From an uncultured Coxiellaceae bacterium (GTDB lineage Bacteria > Myxococcota_A > Polyangia > Polyangiales > Houyiibacteriaceae): 64,000 nt of DNA. Positions 29,375 through 39,093 of the stretch are shown here, in pieces; positions within the stretch are counted from its first letter, which is position 1; each line of letters starts with the position of its first letter. Under the pieces are notes generated by a model, which was given only the letters and a program-made list of their open reading frames with translations, was not told the origin of the DNA and did no database searches. Location: positions 33,809-97,808 of the forward strand of contig CAXMND010000064.1 in assembly GCA_964194675.1 (NCBI GenBank), in the 5' to 3' direction. Made by a program: the position numbers and the translations under genes.

Positions 29375-31405
29375 CTATTTACGGGTCTTGACGGTGATCT
29401 CTTTGTTGGCTTGGTTGCCGGCTGCATCGAATGCACGGATGGCGACGATGTGACTCTTGCCGGGTAGGTTGCCGAGATCGAGCTCGAACGCCTTGTTCCG
29501 GCTATCGAGCAGCAAGTCCTTCGGGAAGATGTCCCTCCACGGTCCCGCGTCGATCGAGGCCTGAATGCGTGCGATCGGTCCGAGCGAATCGACAACCCGA
29601 CCTTGGACGCGCCCCTTGCGAAACCCAAGCTTCTCGATGCGGGGTGGGTGATTGTCGATGAGAATCGGCTCGGACACCGCTTCGGAGCGAAGCGTCAGGT
29701 TCTCCGGATTCGCCTCTTCGTCCGATACATCCACCTTCACGATGTAGTACCCGTCGGGGATGCTTCCGGTGTTCCAGGCGTACTTCGGTTCGTTTACTAC
29801 GTGATCTTCGAGGAACATCGGCCGCCATACCGGCTGTCCCTCCTGTAGGTACGAAAGGCGAAAGCGCAACGCATCGCGGTCCGGGTTGTCCACCTTCCAA
29901 GTGAGATTCAACGAGGTACTTGGCGCTGGCGTCTTCGGCGCTGGCTTGCCGGGTTTGGGCGGGGGCGGTTTAGCTTCGATCATCGAAATCCGCGCCCTCT
30001 GGTTTTGGGGTAGGTAGTAAAGCTCGACAGCACGCAGTTCCGCGAGCTCGTTCCTCGGAAAGAAGGCGCGCACTTGAGCGAAACGTCCAGGTGGGCTCGC
30101 GACCCGTCCCGGTTTCTTGAGCTTTTTCGACCACGCACTCCACGTATCGTCCGGTTCCTTCGTGTTGCCGGAACGAATCTGAAAGACGAGCTTCCCGCGG
30201 CCCCGCCAGGTCAACCGCCCCCACTGTGATCCGAAACCGGTATCGAGGGAATCGCTGGTCCAAACCGCCTTGCGAGGCGTGCCTGGCTCTACCCAGTAGA
30301 TCGCCGCACCGTCGCCCGTGACGAACACAGGTGTCTTGGCGCGTAGCGCGAGGCCGAGGATTTGCCGCTCCTCGACGTCAGCCCAAATCGTGTAGCTGGC
30401 GTCGGGTTGCACTTGAAAGACCTGGCCTTCGGAGCCGCCCCCCACGAAAATCGTGCCGTTGGCCGCCCACTGGACGGAGGTGAAGTGCGTGTCTTTCCGA
30501 TCGAGCAGTCGTTCGATGCTGCCGTCCTTGGAGACGCGCCACAGCTCGCCCCTACCCTTGAGAGGGCGGCCTGCCCCAGGGCGTGCAGCCGGTGATCCCG
30601 CTTTCGGGGCGGGGGTCCCGAACCGAGCGCCAGGTTTGGTCTTGAACTCGTTTGCCGCGACCGCAAGTTGGCCATCGTAGTAGTCGATCGCGGTCACTTC
30701 GTTTCCTGGGAAGTCGTGTACGACCGTTACCTCGTCGTTCGACGCGATCTTCATCACCAAGGCACTGTCACTTGTGCCCGCATAGATCGTGCCTTTGCCG
30801 TCGCCCGCGAGCGACATCACATGTGCGGCGTCGCCCTTGTGCAGAACCTCAGCCGCGCCCATAGGGTTGATCTCGAAGATCACTCCTTCCGGTCCCGTAC
30901 CGGCGATTAGCCTCCCTCGCTTCCGGTCATAGAGCAGTGCCCAGATGTGCTTCGCGTCTTCGGGTTTGGAGAAACGTTTGATCTTGCCGGTCTTGCGGTC
31001 GATTTTAAAGATTCGGCCGTTGGGCAGCGTGCCCGCGTAGAGTGAACCATCGCTGCCGAACGCCAATGAAGCCACGAGAAGCTCCCCGGTCGCGTACTTC
31101 TTTGCAAGCTTCTTCCCTTCGAAGCGGTAGATCATCCCGTTCGTGCCGGTGCCGACATAAATCACATTCCCCCGCTCGGCCACGCTGTACGCGACGGGCA
31201 CGTTTTCGAGCTCGGTGCGCCTCATCGAAGCGCCGAGCCTCACGGAGCCATTGGAGTGCACCGCAGTCCCTTCGAGCTCGCCAGCAAAGAAGCTCTCGGC
31301 GCTATCGATCGTGAAGTGTTCGGTAGTCACTGCTGCAACGGTGGCGCTCGAAGCGATCGTGAGACCCACGAGCGCGATTAGGATGATCGTTCTTGGAGTT
31401 TTCAT
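29375..31405 (-). CDS. Secreted beta-propeller protein with C-terminal Ig/FlgD-like domains
   Basis: Signal peptide. Repeated blades such as ...VIYVGTGTNGMIYRF..., ...SLYAGTLPNGRIFKI..., ...RLIAGTGPEGVIFEI... and ...TIYAGTSDSALVMKI... 676 aa. Confidence 0.55.
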   Translation of the reverse strand: MKTPRTIILIALVGLTIASSATVAAVTTEHFTIDSAESFFAGELEGTAVHSNGSVRLGASMRRTELENVPVAYSVAERGNVIYVGTGTNGMIYRFEGKKLAKKYATGELLVASLAFGSDGSLYAGTLPNGRIFKIDRKTGKIKRFSKPEDAKHIWALLYDRKRGRLIAGTGPEGVIFEINPMGAAEVLHKGDAAHVMSLAGDGKGTIYAGTSDSALVMKIASNDEVTVVHDFPGNEVTAIDYYDGQLAVAANEFKTKPGARFGTPAPKAGSPAARPGAGRPLKGRGELWRVSKDGSIERLLDRKDTHFTSVQWAANGTIFVGGGSEGQVFQVQPDASYTIWADVEERQILGLALRAKTPVFVTGDGAAIYWVEPGTPRKAVWTSDSLDTGFGSQWGRLTWRGRGKLVFQIRSGNTKEPDDTWSAWSKKLKKPGRVASPPGRFAQVRAFFPRNELAELRAVELYYLPQNQRARISMIEAKPPPPKPGKPAPKTPAPSTSLNLTWKVDNPDRDALRFRLSYLQEGQPVWRPMFLEDHVVNEPKYAWNTGSIPDGYYIVKVDVSDEEANPENLTLRSEAVSEPILIDNHPPRIEKLGFRKGRVQGRVVDSLGPIARIQASIDAGPWRDIFPKDLLLDSRNKAFELDLGNLPGKSHIVAIRAFDAAGNQANKEITVKTRK

Positions 31406-31410
31406 ACGTG

Positions 31411-33285
31411 CTATTTGCCCAGAAACTGGTCCCGCGCGATTTCGCGCACCCGCAGTCGAAGTTTGGCCGTCCCGACCACTACTTGCGGCATCTTCACTTC
31501 CGTGTGCGATCTCGTGACGAATGGTCGGCTGTCTTCGGAAGTGCTCACGAGCTGAAGCGAGTTCAGGGCGGAGGCGGGGAGCGAGTCGACGACGTGGCCC
31601 TCGAACCGGAGTCCTCGGCTTGGCATCTGCAATGACACGACTATCGAAGTCGCGGGGAAGCGTTCGGTGGCTTGCTCGATCAGGTCGTCGAGGGAGGCAG
31701 GGCGAGGCCGTTCGATGGAAACCCTGTTCCCGGCGTCGATCGAGAGGTTGAGCGTCTTGCCGGCGGCTGACTCAGGGATTCGGACTTTGACCGCCCGGGT
31801 GGTGTCCTTGCGTCCCACCTGCCGAAGGCGAACGTAAATGGTCACCTCTTGCCCGGGATCGACTTCGTCGAAGGCGACCGATGCGTCCAAGACCTGGAGT
31901 ACTTCTCGGTTGAACTCGAGGTCGAGGTCGAGCTCGATCGAAGTGATGCGGGAAACCTCGAACGGATTGGCGAACGCAGCCTCCATCAACCAGAACATTT
32001 GCAGTTGGGACAGTGCGATCGGGCTGGCGGCGCCCATCGGCGAGTACCCTTGCTCGTCGAGGCTGACGACTCCGTGGCCTTCGATTCCGATCTTGCTACG
32101 GGCGCGGAAGATCACGTCGTCGACGTCGCCCGCAGTCGACTTGAGGGCATTAAGGATGACTGCGAACGCAATGGCTGGCGTCAAAGCTCGTTGGCTCGCG
32201 ACGTCGACGTTCCATTCGGTCTTGGGCGCTCCTTCGGCCCCGTGAATCCGGACGTGCACCGGGATGCGGGCAGCCTCGACGTCAGGGTCGACGACGATGG
32301 CTGACTGTCGGTCCTGAACGAGGGTCCCAAGATTTCGTGCCGCCTCCGCGATCTTGAAGGAGCGAAGCTCACTCACGAAGATATGAAGCACGCGTGCCGT
32401 GGCTGTCGGGAGACCGCTTGGCCCTGCATCCATCATAGGATGCCCGAACGCCAACACGCGTTCGCCGCTCGCCACGTAGGTGACGGTACCGATGCCGGTC
32501 ACCGAGATGTCGCCGCGGGCGAGTGCAACCGCGATCGCACCGCCGTTTTCAAAACGCCTGGGGCCGCCTCGGGCCGAGCCACTCGAACCTGCTTGGGTCG
32601 CCACGAGTCCGAGTGGCTCCAGCTCATCGCTCAACATCCTGGCCACCGAGTCGGTCAGCCCACCCAACATGACCGGGGTCGTTGCGGCTCTCAGGCCGAC
32701 CGGCCCATCGGTGTTCGCCCCCCGCTTCTCGGCGAGCGCGCGTACCGTCGAAAAGGCGTCGACCTCATGGTCGCCCTCGAACGGAGAGAGACCTGCGAAG
32801 CGTGCGTTTGAAGGCTTGGCCTCGGGGCGACTCGTCCGTGCGCGCTTCGCGGGCAGGGGCCTCGCCCCCGGGAACATCTCGAGCCGAACCGGTCGCCTGA
32901 GCTCGGCCAGCATGTTCGAAATTGGAGTCACTCCGACCACGGGGTCGGTTCCGTACGGCCAGCCATAGGCGTAGGCCCCAGCCAAGCGACCATCGAGATA
33001 GATCGGACTGCCGCTCATCCCACCTACCGCCCGGGCCCGATCGAGCAAGGGATGTGGGGTGCGGAGCAGGATCAGGTCCTGCGAGGGTCTGAAATTGCGG
33101 AGGACGTCGATCACTTCGACGTCGAAGCGCTCGGGCTCGGTGCCCCGCAGGACGGTGAGACCGTAGCCCTTCATGCCCGGGCGGATCTCGTCAACCCCGA
33201 TGAAGCCTTGCGACGACTGTGCGATGGCGGCCCCAACCAGGGACGCGCTCAGCACGAAGCACAATCCAGACAGCAGCCGTTTCAC
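31411..33285 (-). CDS. Secreted peptidase S55 (SpoIVB-type) domain protein
   Basis: Signal peptide. ...GMKGYGLTVLRGTEPERFDVEVIDVL...RARAVGGMSGSPIYLDGRLAGAYAYGW contains the GMSGSP serine motif characteristic of SpoIVB-type peptidases. 624 aa. Assignment is by eye. Confidence 0.6.
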   Translation of the reverse strand: MKRLLSGLCFVLSASLVGAAIAQSSQGFIGVDEIRPGMKGYGLTVLRGTEPERFDVEVIDVLRNFRPSQDLILLRTPHPLLDRARAVGGMSGSPIYLDGRLAGAYAYGWPYGTDPVVGVTPISNMLAELRRPVRLEMFPGARPLPAKRARTSRPEAKPSNARFAGLSPFEGDHEVDAFSTVRALAEKRGANTDGPVGLRAATTPVMLGGLTDSVARMLSDELEPLGLVATQAGSSGSARGGPRRFENGGAIAVALARGDISVTGIGTVTYVASGERVLAFGHPMMDAGPSGLPTATARVLHIFVSELRSFKIAEAARNLGTLVQDRQSAIVVDPDVEAARIPVHVRIHGAEGAPKTEWNVDVASQRALTPAIAFAVILNALKSTAGDVDDVIFRARSKIGIEGHGVVSLDEQGYSPMGAASPIALSQLQMFWLMEAAFANPFEVSRITSIELDLDLEFNREVLQVLDASVAFDEVDPGQEVTIYVRLRQVGRKDTTRAVKVRIPESAAGKTLNLSIDAGNRVSIERPRPASLDDLIEQATERFPATSIVVSLQMPSRGLRFEGHVVDSLPASALNSLQLVSTSEDSRPFVTRSHTEVKMPQVVVGTAKLRLRVREIARDQFLGK

Positions 33286-33304
33286 CGCCGATCAGCCTAG
33301 CAGG

Positions 33305-33745
33305 TTACTCCGCGGGTGCGGGCGTAAGTTGAAGCGACTCGATCAACGCCCGAAGCGCATCGAAGCGGAATGGCTTGGGAAGGTAGGCGGTGATGTCGGT
33401 GGAAGGTGTCTTCTGGACGGGCTCTGTGACCTGGTCACCCATCAGAATGACGACCAGGTCGGGGTTGCGCTCGCGAAGCCTCTTCGCCACTTCGAGGCCG
33501 TTCATGCCGGGCAGGTGTGCCGCGACGAGGGCGAGATCCGCTCGCCATTCAGAGATGACGGTGAGCGCCCCATCACCCGAGCTCGTCCCGACGACTCGGT
33601 TGCCGTCGACCGTCAACATGCGGGCGAGGCGCCACTGCAGGTCCGGATCACTTTCGACGACGAGCACGCTTCGATGCCGCGGACGGTTCTCCGCTATCGA
33701 TTTCGCGGCAGTTTCCAGCATATCTTGTTCTTGTCGGATACCCAT
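33305..33745 (-). CDS. Stand-alone receiver-domain protein (atypical, phospho-acceptor Asp apparently absent)
   Basis: VLVVESDPDLQWRLARML...ADLALVAAHLPGMNGLEVAKRLR...VVILMGD...AYLPKPF has the CheY-like fold pattern with the conserved Lys. The position 4 residues before the LPG Pro, where the phosphorylated Asp normally sits, is Ala. Confidence 0.85.
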   Translation of the reverse strand: MGIRQEQDMLETAAKSIAENRPRHRSVLVVESDPDLQWRLARMLTVDGNRVVGTSSGDGALTVISEWRADLALVAAHLPGMNGLEVAKRLRERNPDLVVILMGDQVTEPVQKTPSTDITAYLPKPFRFDALRALIESLQLTPAPAE

Positions 33746-33890
33746 GCGGCCATGCGACTCGCTTGAAGTGGCGTTCGCATCCGAACGGGAAACGCCAGTC
33801 GTGCGTTCCAGCTTGCCCGTCCGGGGCTCATTCTAGGGACCTTGGCCCGCCGATGCAATGGATCCGGACGGAGCCCTGTGATTTCGGCGG

Positions 33891-36110
33891 TTAAGCGGTC
33901 GCACGCGCGGCGGAACCCCCGTCGTGAGCCCGAGCACTGCCGGGCTCGACGGCATCGGGGCCATGGAAGGTTCGTCCGCTCCGGGTGATCTCTTCGAGAA
34001 CCGGCGCTGGCGAGAAGCGGGGGCCGAGCTGCTGCTCGAACTCTTTCAGGCGGCCGAGAATCTCCTTCGCGCCCACGTGATCGACGAACCGGAACGGCCC
34101 GCCTCGGAACGGAGGAAAGCCGAGGCCGAAGACCGCTCCGACGTCGCCGTCACGCGCGCTCCGAAGAATCCCCTCCCCGAGACAACGGCAGGCCTCGTTC
34201 ACGAACTGAAGGGCGCAACGCCACGCGATGTCTTCTGCCGAGATACTCTTGTTGTTGGGTGTGACGCCGAGGACGTCATAGACGGTCTCGTCGACCCCCT
34301 TCTTCTTGCCGCCGTACAGATAGAATCCGCGGCCGTTCTTGCGCCCGAAGCGTTCGTCTTCGATCAAGTTCTGCATACCGGTGGGCGCGTCCATACGCTC
34401 GCCAAACGCTTCACGCATGATCTTGCCAACCTTGGCGCCGACGTCGATGCCGACTTCATCGGTGAGCTTGATCGGGCCGACTGGGAAGCCCCAATCGAGC
34501 ATCGCGCGATCGATCTTCTCGATGGGTACGCCTTCGGTGACCAAATGCGCAGCCTCGTTCATCATCGGCGCGAGGACGCGGCTCGTGTAGAACCCGACCC
34601 CGTCGTGGACGACGATCACGTGCTTGCCTTGGCGCTTGCCAAGGTCGACGCAGGTTGCGGTCACCCAATCGGCCGTCTTGTCCGTCACGATGATCTCGAG
34701 CAAAGGCATTTTGTGGACCGGTGAGAAGTAGTGCATGCCGATTACGGTTTCCCGGTGCTTGCTGGCTTCGGCGATCTTCGTAATGGGCAGGGACGACGTG
34801 TTGGAAGCGAAAATTACGTCGTTTTTTCCGGCCTCCTCGACGTCTCGAACCATCATCTGCTTTAGCGAGAGGTCCTCGAAGACCGCCTCGATGACCACAT
34901 CGGTGTCCTGGAACCCTTCGTACCCGGTCGTACCCGTAGTCTGCAGCATCATGTGATCGGCTTGCCGTACTGTGAGTCGCTTTCGCTTCACGCGGCCGTC
35001 GATGATGCCACGGACGTAGCGAAGGCCTGCGAGCACGCCATCGCGATCTCGATCCTTGAGGCGGACAGGGATTTTGGCCAATGCAGTCGTCACGTATGCG
35101 ATGCCGGCGCCCATCAATCCAGCGCCGAGCATGCCGACCTTCTTGATCGGGCGTGGCTTCACGCTCGGGTCGTCCACCCCGGAGTCCTTCTTCAGTGCTG
35201 TCGTGGCGAAGAAGATGCTCATCAGGTTTGCGGATTCGGTTGTGGTGAGCAGCTGACCAAACCCACGCGCTTCCGCGTCGAGCCCCGCATCGAAGCCGCC
35301 TTCGAGACCCGCTTTCACCACGTCGATGATGAGATCCTGCGCCGGGTAGTTCCCGCGGGTTTGTTTGTGCAACTGTTTGCGCGCCTGGTCGAAGAGGATC
35401 TTGCGCCCGACCGGATTCTTAGCGAGGGCGAACTCGGTGATCGCGTCCTTGTCCTTGAGCTGGTCAATGAAACTTTCTCTCTTGGGCTGCTTCCCGATGC
35501 GTGCGAGGGCAAGCTCGGCCGCCGTCTCGATCAAGATCGGTGGGGGGACGACGTCATCCACCAAGCCGAGCTTGAGGGCCTTCCTCGCCGGGATTTGCTT
35601 GCCCGTGAGCATCATGTCGAGCGCGGGTTGGACGCCGATGAGGCGCGGCAGTCGCTGTGTTCCTCCGGCCCCGGGGAGCAGTCCGAGCTGCGATTCGGGC
35701 AGTCCGAGCTTCGTCTTCGAACTGTCGGTCGCAATTCGCGCATGGCACGCCAACGCCACCTCGAGGCCGCCGCCGAGGGCGACGCCATGAATCGCCGCGA
35801 CGACCGGCTTCGGGAACTTCTCGATCCGGTCCATCGCCCCGTGGCTCGCTTTCGAGATGCGTTCACCGTCTTGCGCGGTCTTTACCTCTTGAAGCATCGT
35901 GATGTCCGCTCCGGCTATGAAGCTGTCTTTTTTGCCGGAGGTGAAGACGACAGCCTTGACGTCCGCGTCGTTTTCGAGCGCGTTGAATACCTCTTCGAAG
36001 GTGTCCACGAAGTCGCTCTTCAGCGTGTTCATCGGCTCGCCGGGGATATCCATACGAACGACGGCGACTCCATCGTTCCGCTTCTCAATCGTCAATCCTT
36101 CGTACGCCAT
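33891..36110 (-). CDS. fadJ: Fatty-acid oxidation complex alpha subunit (enoyl-CoA hydratase / 3-hydroxyacyl-CoA dehydrogenase)
   Basis: I take the start at ATG 36110 ([21 protein letters not shown]). The crotonase domain is followed by an NAD-binding region, VGMLGAGLMGAGIA. The ATG overlaps the thiolase stop (TAATG). The thiolase-first order matches fadIJ. Confidence 0.88.
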   Translation of the reverse strand: MAYEGLTIEKRNDGVAVVRMDIPGEPMNTLKSDFVDTFEEVFNALENDADVKAVVFTSGKKDSFIAGADITMLQEVKTAQDGERISKASHGAMDRIEKFPKPVVAAIHGVALGGGLEVALACHARIATDSSKTKLGLPESQLGLLPGAGGTQRLPRLIGVQPALDMMLTGKQIPARKALKLGLVDDVVPPPILIETAAELALARIGKQPKRESFIDQLKDKDAITEFALAKNPVGRKILFDQARKQLHKQTRGNYPAQDLIIDVVKAGLEGGFDAGLDAEARGFGQLLTTTESANLMSIFFATTALKKDSGVDDPSVKPRPIKKVGMLGAGLMGAGIAYVTTALAKIPVRLKDRDRDGVLAGLRYVRGIIDGRVKRKRLTVRQADHMMLQTTGTTGYEGFQDTDVVIEAVFEDLSLKQMMVRDVEEAGKNDVIFASNTSSLPITKIAEASKHRETVIGMHYFSPVHKMPLLEIIVTDKTADWVTATCVDLGKRQGKHVIVVHDGVGFYTSRVLAPMMNEAAHLVTEGVPIEKIDRAMLDWGFPVGPIKLTDEVGIDVGAKVGKIMREAFGERMDAPTGMQNLIEDERFGRKNGRGFYLYGGKKKGVDETVYDVLGVTPNNKSISAEDIAWRCALQFVNEACRCLGEGILRSARDGDVGAVFGLGFPPFRGGPFRFVDHVGAKEILGRLKEFEQQLGPRFSPAPVLEEITRSGRTFHGPDAVEPGSARAHDGGSAARATA

Positions 36111-37402
36111 TACTCTGCCTCCAAAACCATAGCTGCGCCTAAGCCACCCGCCGCGCAGGCGGTGCAAAGGGCCAAGTTCCCACCACGTCGCTTCAGCTCG
36201 CGAAGGGTCTGGGTGATCTGACGAGCGCCGGTTGCCGCAAAGGGATGACCGATGGAGAGCGATCCGCCGGTGACGTTGAACTTGTCCCAGTCGATGTCAC
36301 CGATTTTCTCCGAACGCCCCAAGTGCTTCTCGGCCCATTCTTTGGACTCGAAAGCCTGGGTGTTCGAGAGGATCTGGGCCGCAAAAGCCTCGTGCATGTC
36401 GATGAGGTCGAGGTCGGACGCCTTCAACCCGGCGCGATCGAGGGCGATCGGGCTGGCGTAGGACGGACCCATCAAGAGCTGGCCCGCTGGATCGAGCGCG
36501 GCAAACGCGTAACTCCGGATGAAACCGAGCACGTCGAAGCCGTGTGCCTTGGCCTTGTCCTCCCGCATGAGTACCAGTGCGCTCGCGCCGTCGGTGAGCG
36601 GCGAGCTGTTGCCTGCCGTGACGGTGCCGTGCTTGCGGTCGAACGCGGGCTTGAGTTTGGCGTACTTCTCGATCGCCGTGTCTTTACGGATGAGGTTGTC
36701 CTCTCGGATCTCCTCTTTGAAGCGGTTCGGTACGAACACCTCCATCACCTCGTCATTGAACTTGCCTTCGGCCCAGGCCTTTGCGGCTAGGGAGTGGCTG
36801 CGATGCGCGAACTCGTCTTGCGCTTCACGTGTGATGTGGTTTTCCTTCGCCATCTTCTCGGCGCTTTCGCCCATGGTGAGCCCCGTCGAGAATTCCTTGA
36901 TCGCGGGCGGTACCGGTACGAGGTCGCGCGGACGCAGTCCGGCAAAGGCCTGCATCCGCTCCCCAATGCTCCGGGCTTTCGTCGCGGCGACGAGGGCGTC
37001 GGCCAAAGGCTTCGATACGGTGATCGGAACGTTGCTCGCGCTATCCGCGCCGCCCGCGACACCGGTGTCGATGGTGCCAGCCATGATTGCCTCCGCGACG
37101 TTGACCGTCGACTGGTAGCTCGTCGCGCATGCGCGCGAAACGCTGTAGGCCTCGATGTCTTTGGGCATGCCGGTCGCGAGAACGACCTCTCTTGCGATGT
37201 TCGGCGCCTCGACCGAAGGAACGACCTGGCCGTAGACGACCTGCTGAATTTCGTGGGGATCGAGGTCGATCCGTTGCAGCATTTCCGCGACGACGATGTT
37301 GGCGAGGTCGAGTGCGCTGACCTCCCGATAGGCGGACCATTGCTTTGCAAACGGCGTTCGCAGGCCCGCCACGATCGCTATGCGCTTTCCATTTGATGCC
37401 AT
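36110..37402 (-). CDS. fadI: 3-ketoacyl-CoA thiolase
   Basis: I take the start at ATG 37402 ([21 protein letters not shown]) with AGGAG upstream. The active-site region reads ...[13 protein letters not shown]... and the C-terminus reads ...[18 protein letters not shown]. 430 aa. Confidence 0.88.
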   Translation of the reverse strand: MASNGKRIAIVAGLRTPFAKQWSAYREVSALDLANIVVAEMLQRIDLDPHEIQQVVYGQVVPSVEAPNIAREVVLATGMPKDIEAYSVSRACATSYQSTVNVAEAIMAGTIDTGVAGGADSASNVPITVSKPLADALVAATKARSIGERMQAFAGLRPRDLVPVPPAIKEFSTGLTMGESAEKMAKENHITREAQDEFAHRSHSLAAKAWAEGKFNDEVMEVFVPNRFKEEIREDNLIRKDTAIEKYAKLKPAFDRKHGTVTAGNSSPLTDGASALVLMREDKAKAHGFDVLGFIRSYAFAALDPAGQLLMGPSYASPIALDRAGLKASDLDLIDMHEAFAAQILSNTQAFESKEWAEKHLGRSEKIGDIDWDKFNVTGGSLSIGHPFAATGARQITQTLRELKRRGGNLALCTACAAGGLGAAMVLEAE

Positions 37403-37522
37403 GCGCTGAGCTCCTGAAATGAATAGGGATTCAGTGGAAGCGTGAGGGTGGGATCCACCCCCAACGATGTCAAGGAGCACAACCCCGTTGACCCGCTCGA
37501 AACCATCTCTAGACTCTGCCTG

Positions 37523-38599
37523 ATGCGCCGCCGACTGCCGCTCGTGGAAAGCCGCTCCGCGGTCTATGATGAATGGCCGCCCCGCCCTGACGATTTCGAA
37601 GCGATTCCGCTCCTGCGTGACTCGCGCGACAGGCGCTACACGTATCTTCGGCTGAGCGTCACCGATCGCTGCGATCTTGCATGCGTGTACTGCATGCCCC
37701 CGAGCGGCGAGGAGGATCACGCGTTTCGGCGCGAGCTTTTGACGTTCGAGGAGGCCGCCCGACTCGTCTCGGTGTTTGCTGCTGCCGGTATCAGGCGCGT
37801 GCGTCTCACCGGCGGTGAGCCTCTCGTGCGAAAGGACATCGTGCGACTGGTCGATCTCATTCATCGGCGCACCGAGGTCGAGCAATTGGTGATGACCACC
37901 AACGCGACCCGGCTGTCAGAGCTCGCCCGGCCACTTCGAGACGCTGGGCTGTTTGGCGTGAACATTTCGATCGATACCCTCGACGCAGACCGCTTCAGGG
38001 AGATCACGCGCGGCGGCGATTTGGGGCGCGTCCTCGCCGGCATCCACGCGGCCCTCGACGTCGGCCTGGATGTCAAGCTCAACACCGTGCCCCTCCGTGG
38101 CAGCAACGACGACGACCTCGCACGGATCGTGGAGTTCGCCTGGTCCCTTGGGGCGACGCCTCGTTTCATCGAGCTGATGCCTCTCGGCGAAGGCGCCAAG
38201 TTGCCGCAGAGCATGCGGATGGACGCCGATGACGTCATCACCGTGCTCGGGGACCGGCTTCATAGGACCACCGCCACAGGGGTCGAGGGGCACGGGCCGG
38301 CCCGCTATCTTTCGGCGAACGACGGATCGGGTCGTCGGGTCGGGTTCATCACGCCGATGAGCAACGAGTTTTGTGATACCTGCAATCGGGTACGCGTCAC
38401 GGCGCGCGGCGACATTCGCGCTTGCCTCGCGTCGAGGAAGGCGATCAACTTGCGGAACATCATGCGTGCTGGGGGCAGCGACATGGATCTCGCCTGGGCG
38501 ATGGTATGGTCGCTCTCTGGCAAGGACCGCGGGCACCACTTCCTCGAAGCTGACGAGCAGGAACACGAGCACGTCGGGATGAGCTTGATCGGCGGATAG
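37523..38599 (+). CDS. moaA: GTP 3',8-cyclase (molybdenum cofactor biosynthesis protein A)
   Basis: Radical-SAM motif [10 protein letters not shown]. ...[13 protein letters not shown]... The C-terminal Cys cluster is [19 protein letters not shown] take the start at ATG 37523. Confidence 0.9.
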   Translation: MRRRLPLVESRSAVYDEWPPRPDDFEAIPLLRDSRDRRYTYLRLSVTDRCDLACVYCMPPSGEEDHAFRRELLTFEEAARLVSVFAAAGIRRVRLTGGEPLVRKDIVRLVDLIHRRTEVEQLVMTTNATRLSELARPLRDAGLFGVNISIDTLDADRFREITRGGDLGRVLAGIHAALDVGLDVKLNTVPLRGSNDDDLARIVEFAWSLGATPRFIELMPLGEGAKLPQSMRMDADDVITVLGDRLHRTTATGVEGHGPARYLSANDGSGRRVGFITPMSNEFCDTCNRVRVTARGDIRACLASRKAINLRNIMRAGGSDMDLAWAMVWSLSGKDRGHHFLEADEQEHEHVGMSLIGG

Positions 38600-38613
38600 G
38601 CTACAGGGGGCGG

Positions 38614-39033
38614 GTGTTGAAAAGGTTCCTCCCTACGTGCGCGCTCGTGGCCGCATGCTCCGTGGCCGCATGCTCCAACGGCGAGCGGGAACCGCTTCAG
38701 GTTTGGACTGCAGCGGATCACGCTCATCTGCCCGACAATTTGATCGACCCGACACGCGTACCTCAAAAGGAACGACCCAACCTCACCGTGGGTGAGCTTC
38801 TCTGGCAAGGTCGATGCGCGCGATGCCACGGGCCGACGGGGCAGGGCGGTGCAGAGGCGTCCGTGGACCTCACCAGCGCCGATTGGCAGGCAACATTGGA
38901 CGATCAGGCGGTCGCAAGAAGGATCGCCAACGGAAAACCACCCGGCATGCCGTCCTTCGCCGATTTGCTGAGCGGGAGCCAGATCAAGGAGCTGGTGAAA
39001 CACATCCGCGCCTTCGGCGGAACGCCCGAGTAG
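38614..39033 (+). CDS. c-type cytochrome lipoprotein
   Basis: Lipobox (LVAACS), haem-binding CARCHG (CxxCH), and ...GKPPGMPSF with the distal Met. Confidence 0.75.
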   Translation: MLKRFLPTCALVAACSVAACSNGEREPLQVWTAADHAHLPDNLIDPTRVPQKERPNLTVGELLWQGRCARCHGPTGQGGAEASVDLTSADWQATLDDQAVARRIANGKPPGMPSFADLLSGSQIKELVKHIRAFGGTPE

Positions 39034-39093
39034 CGCGCGGCAGCCGCGTCAAGACTCTGCGTCGACCGGTGTCGGTGGTATGCTGGGTCAGAC

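Noticed and set aside
34953-36221. 422-aa + strand ORF
   Set aside because: It is antisense to fadJ, whose identity is clear. This is a shadow ORF.
37403-37522. A molybdenum-cofactor riboswitch upstream of moaA
   Set aside because: The divergent spacer is only ~120 nt. I can see one small hairpin (GGGTGG-GAT-CCACCC) but none of the conserved Moco-motif elements I remember. A covariance-model search (Rfam) would be needed.
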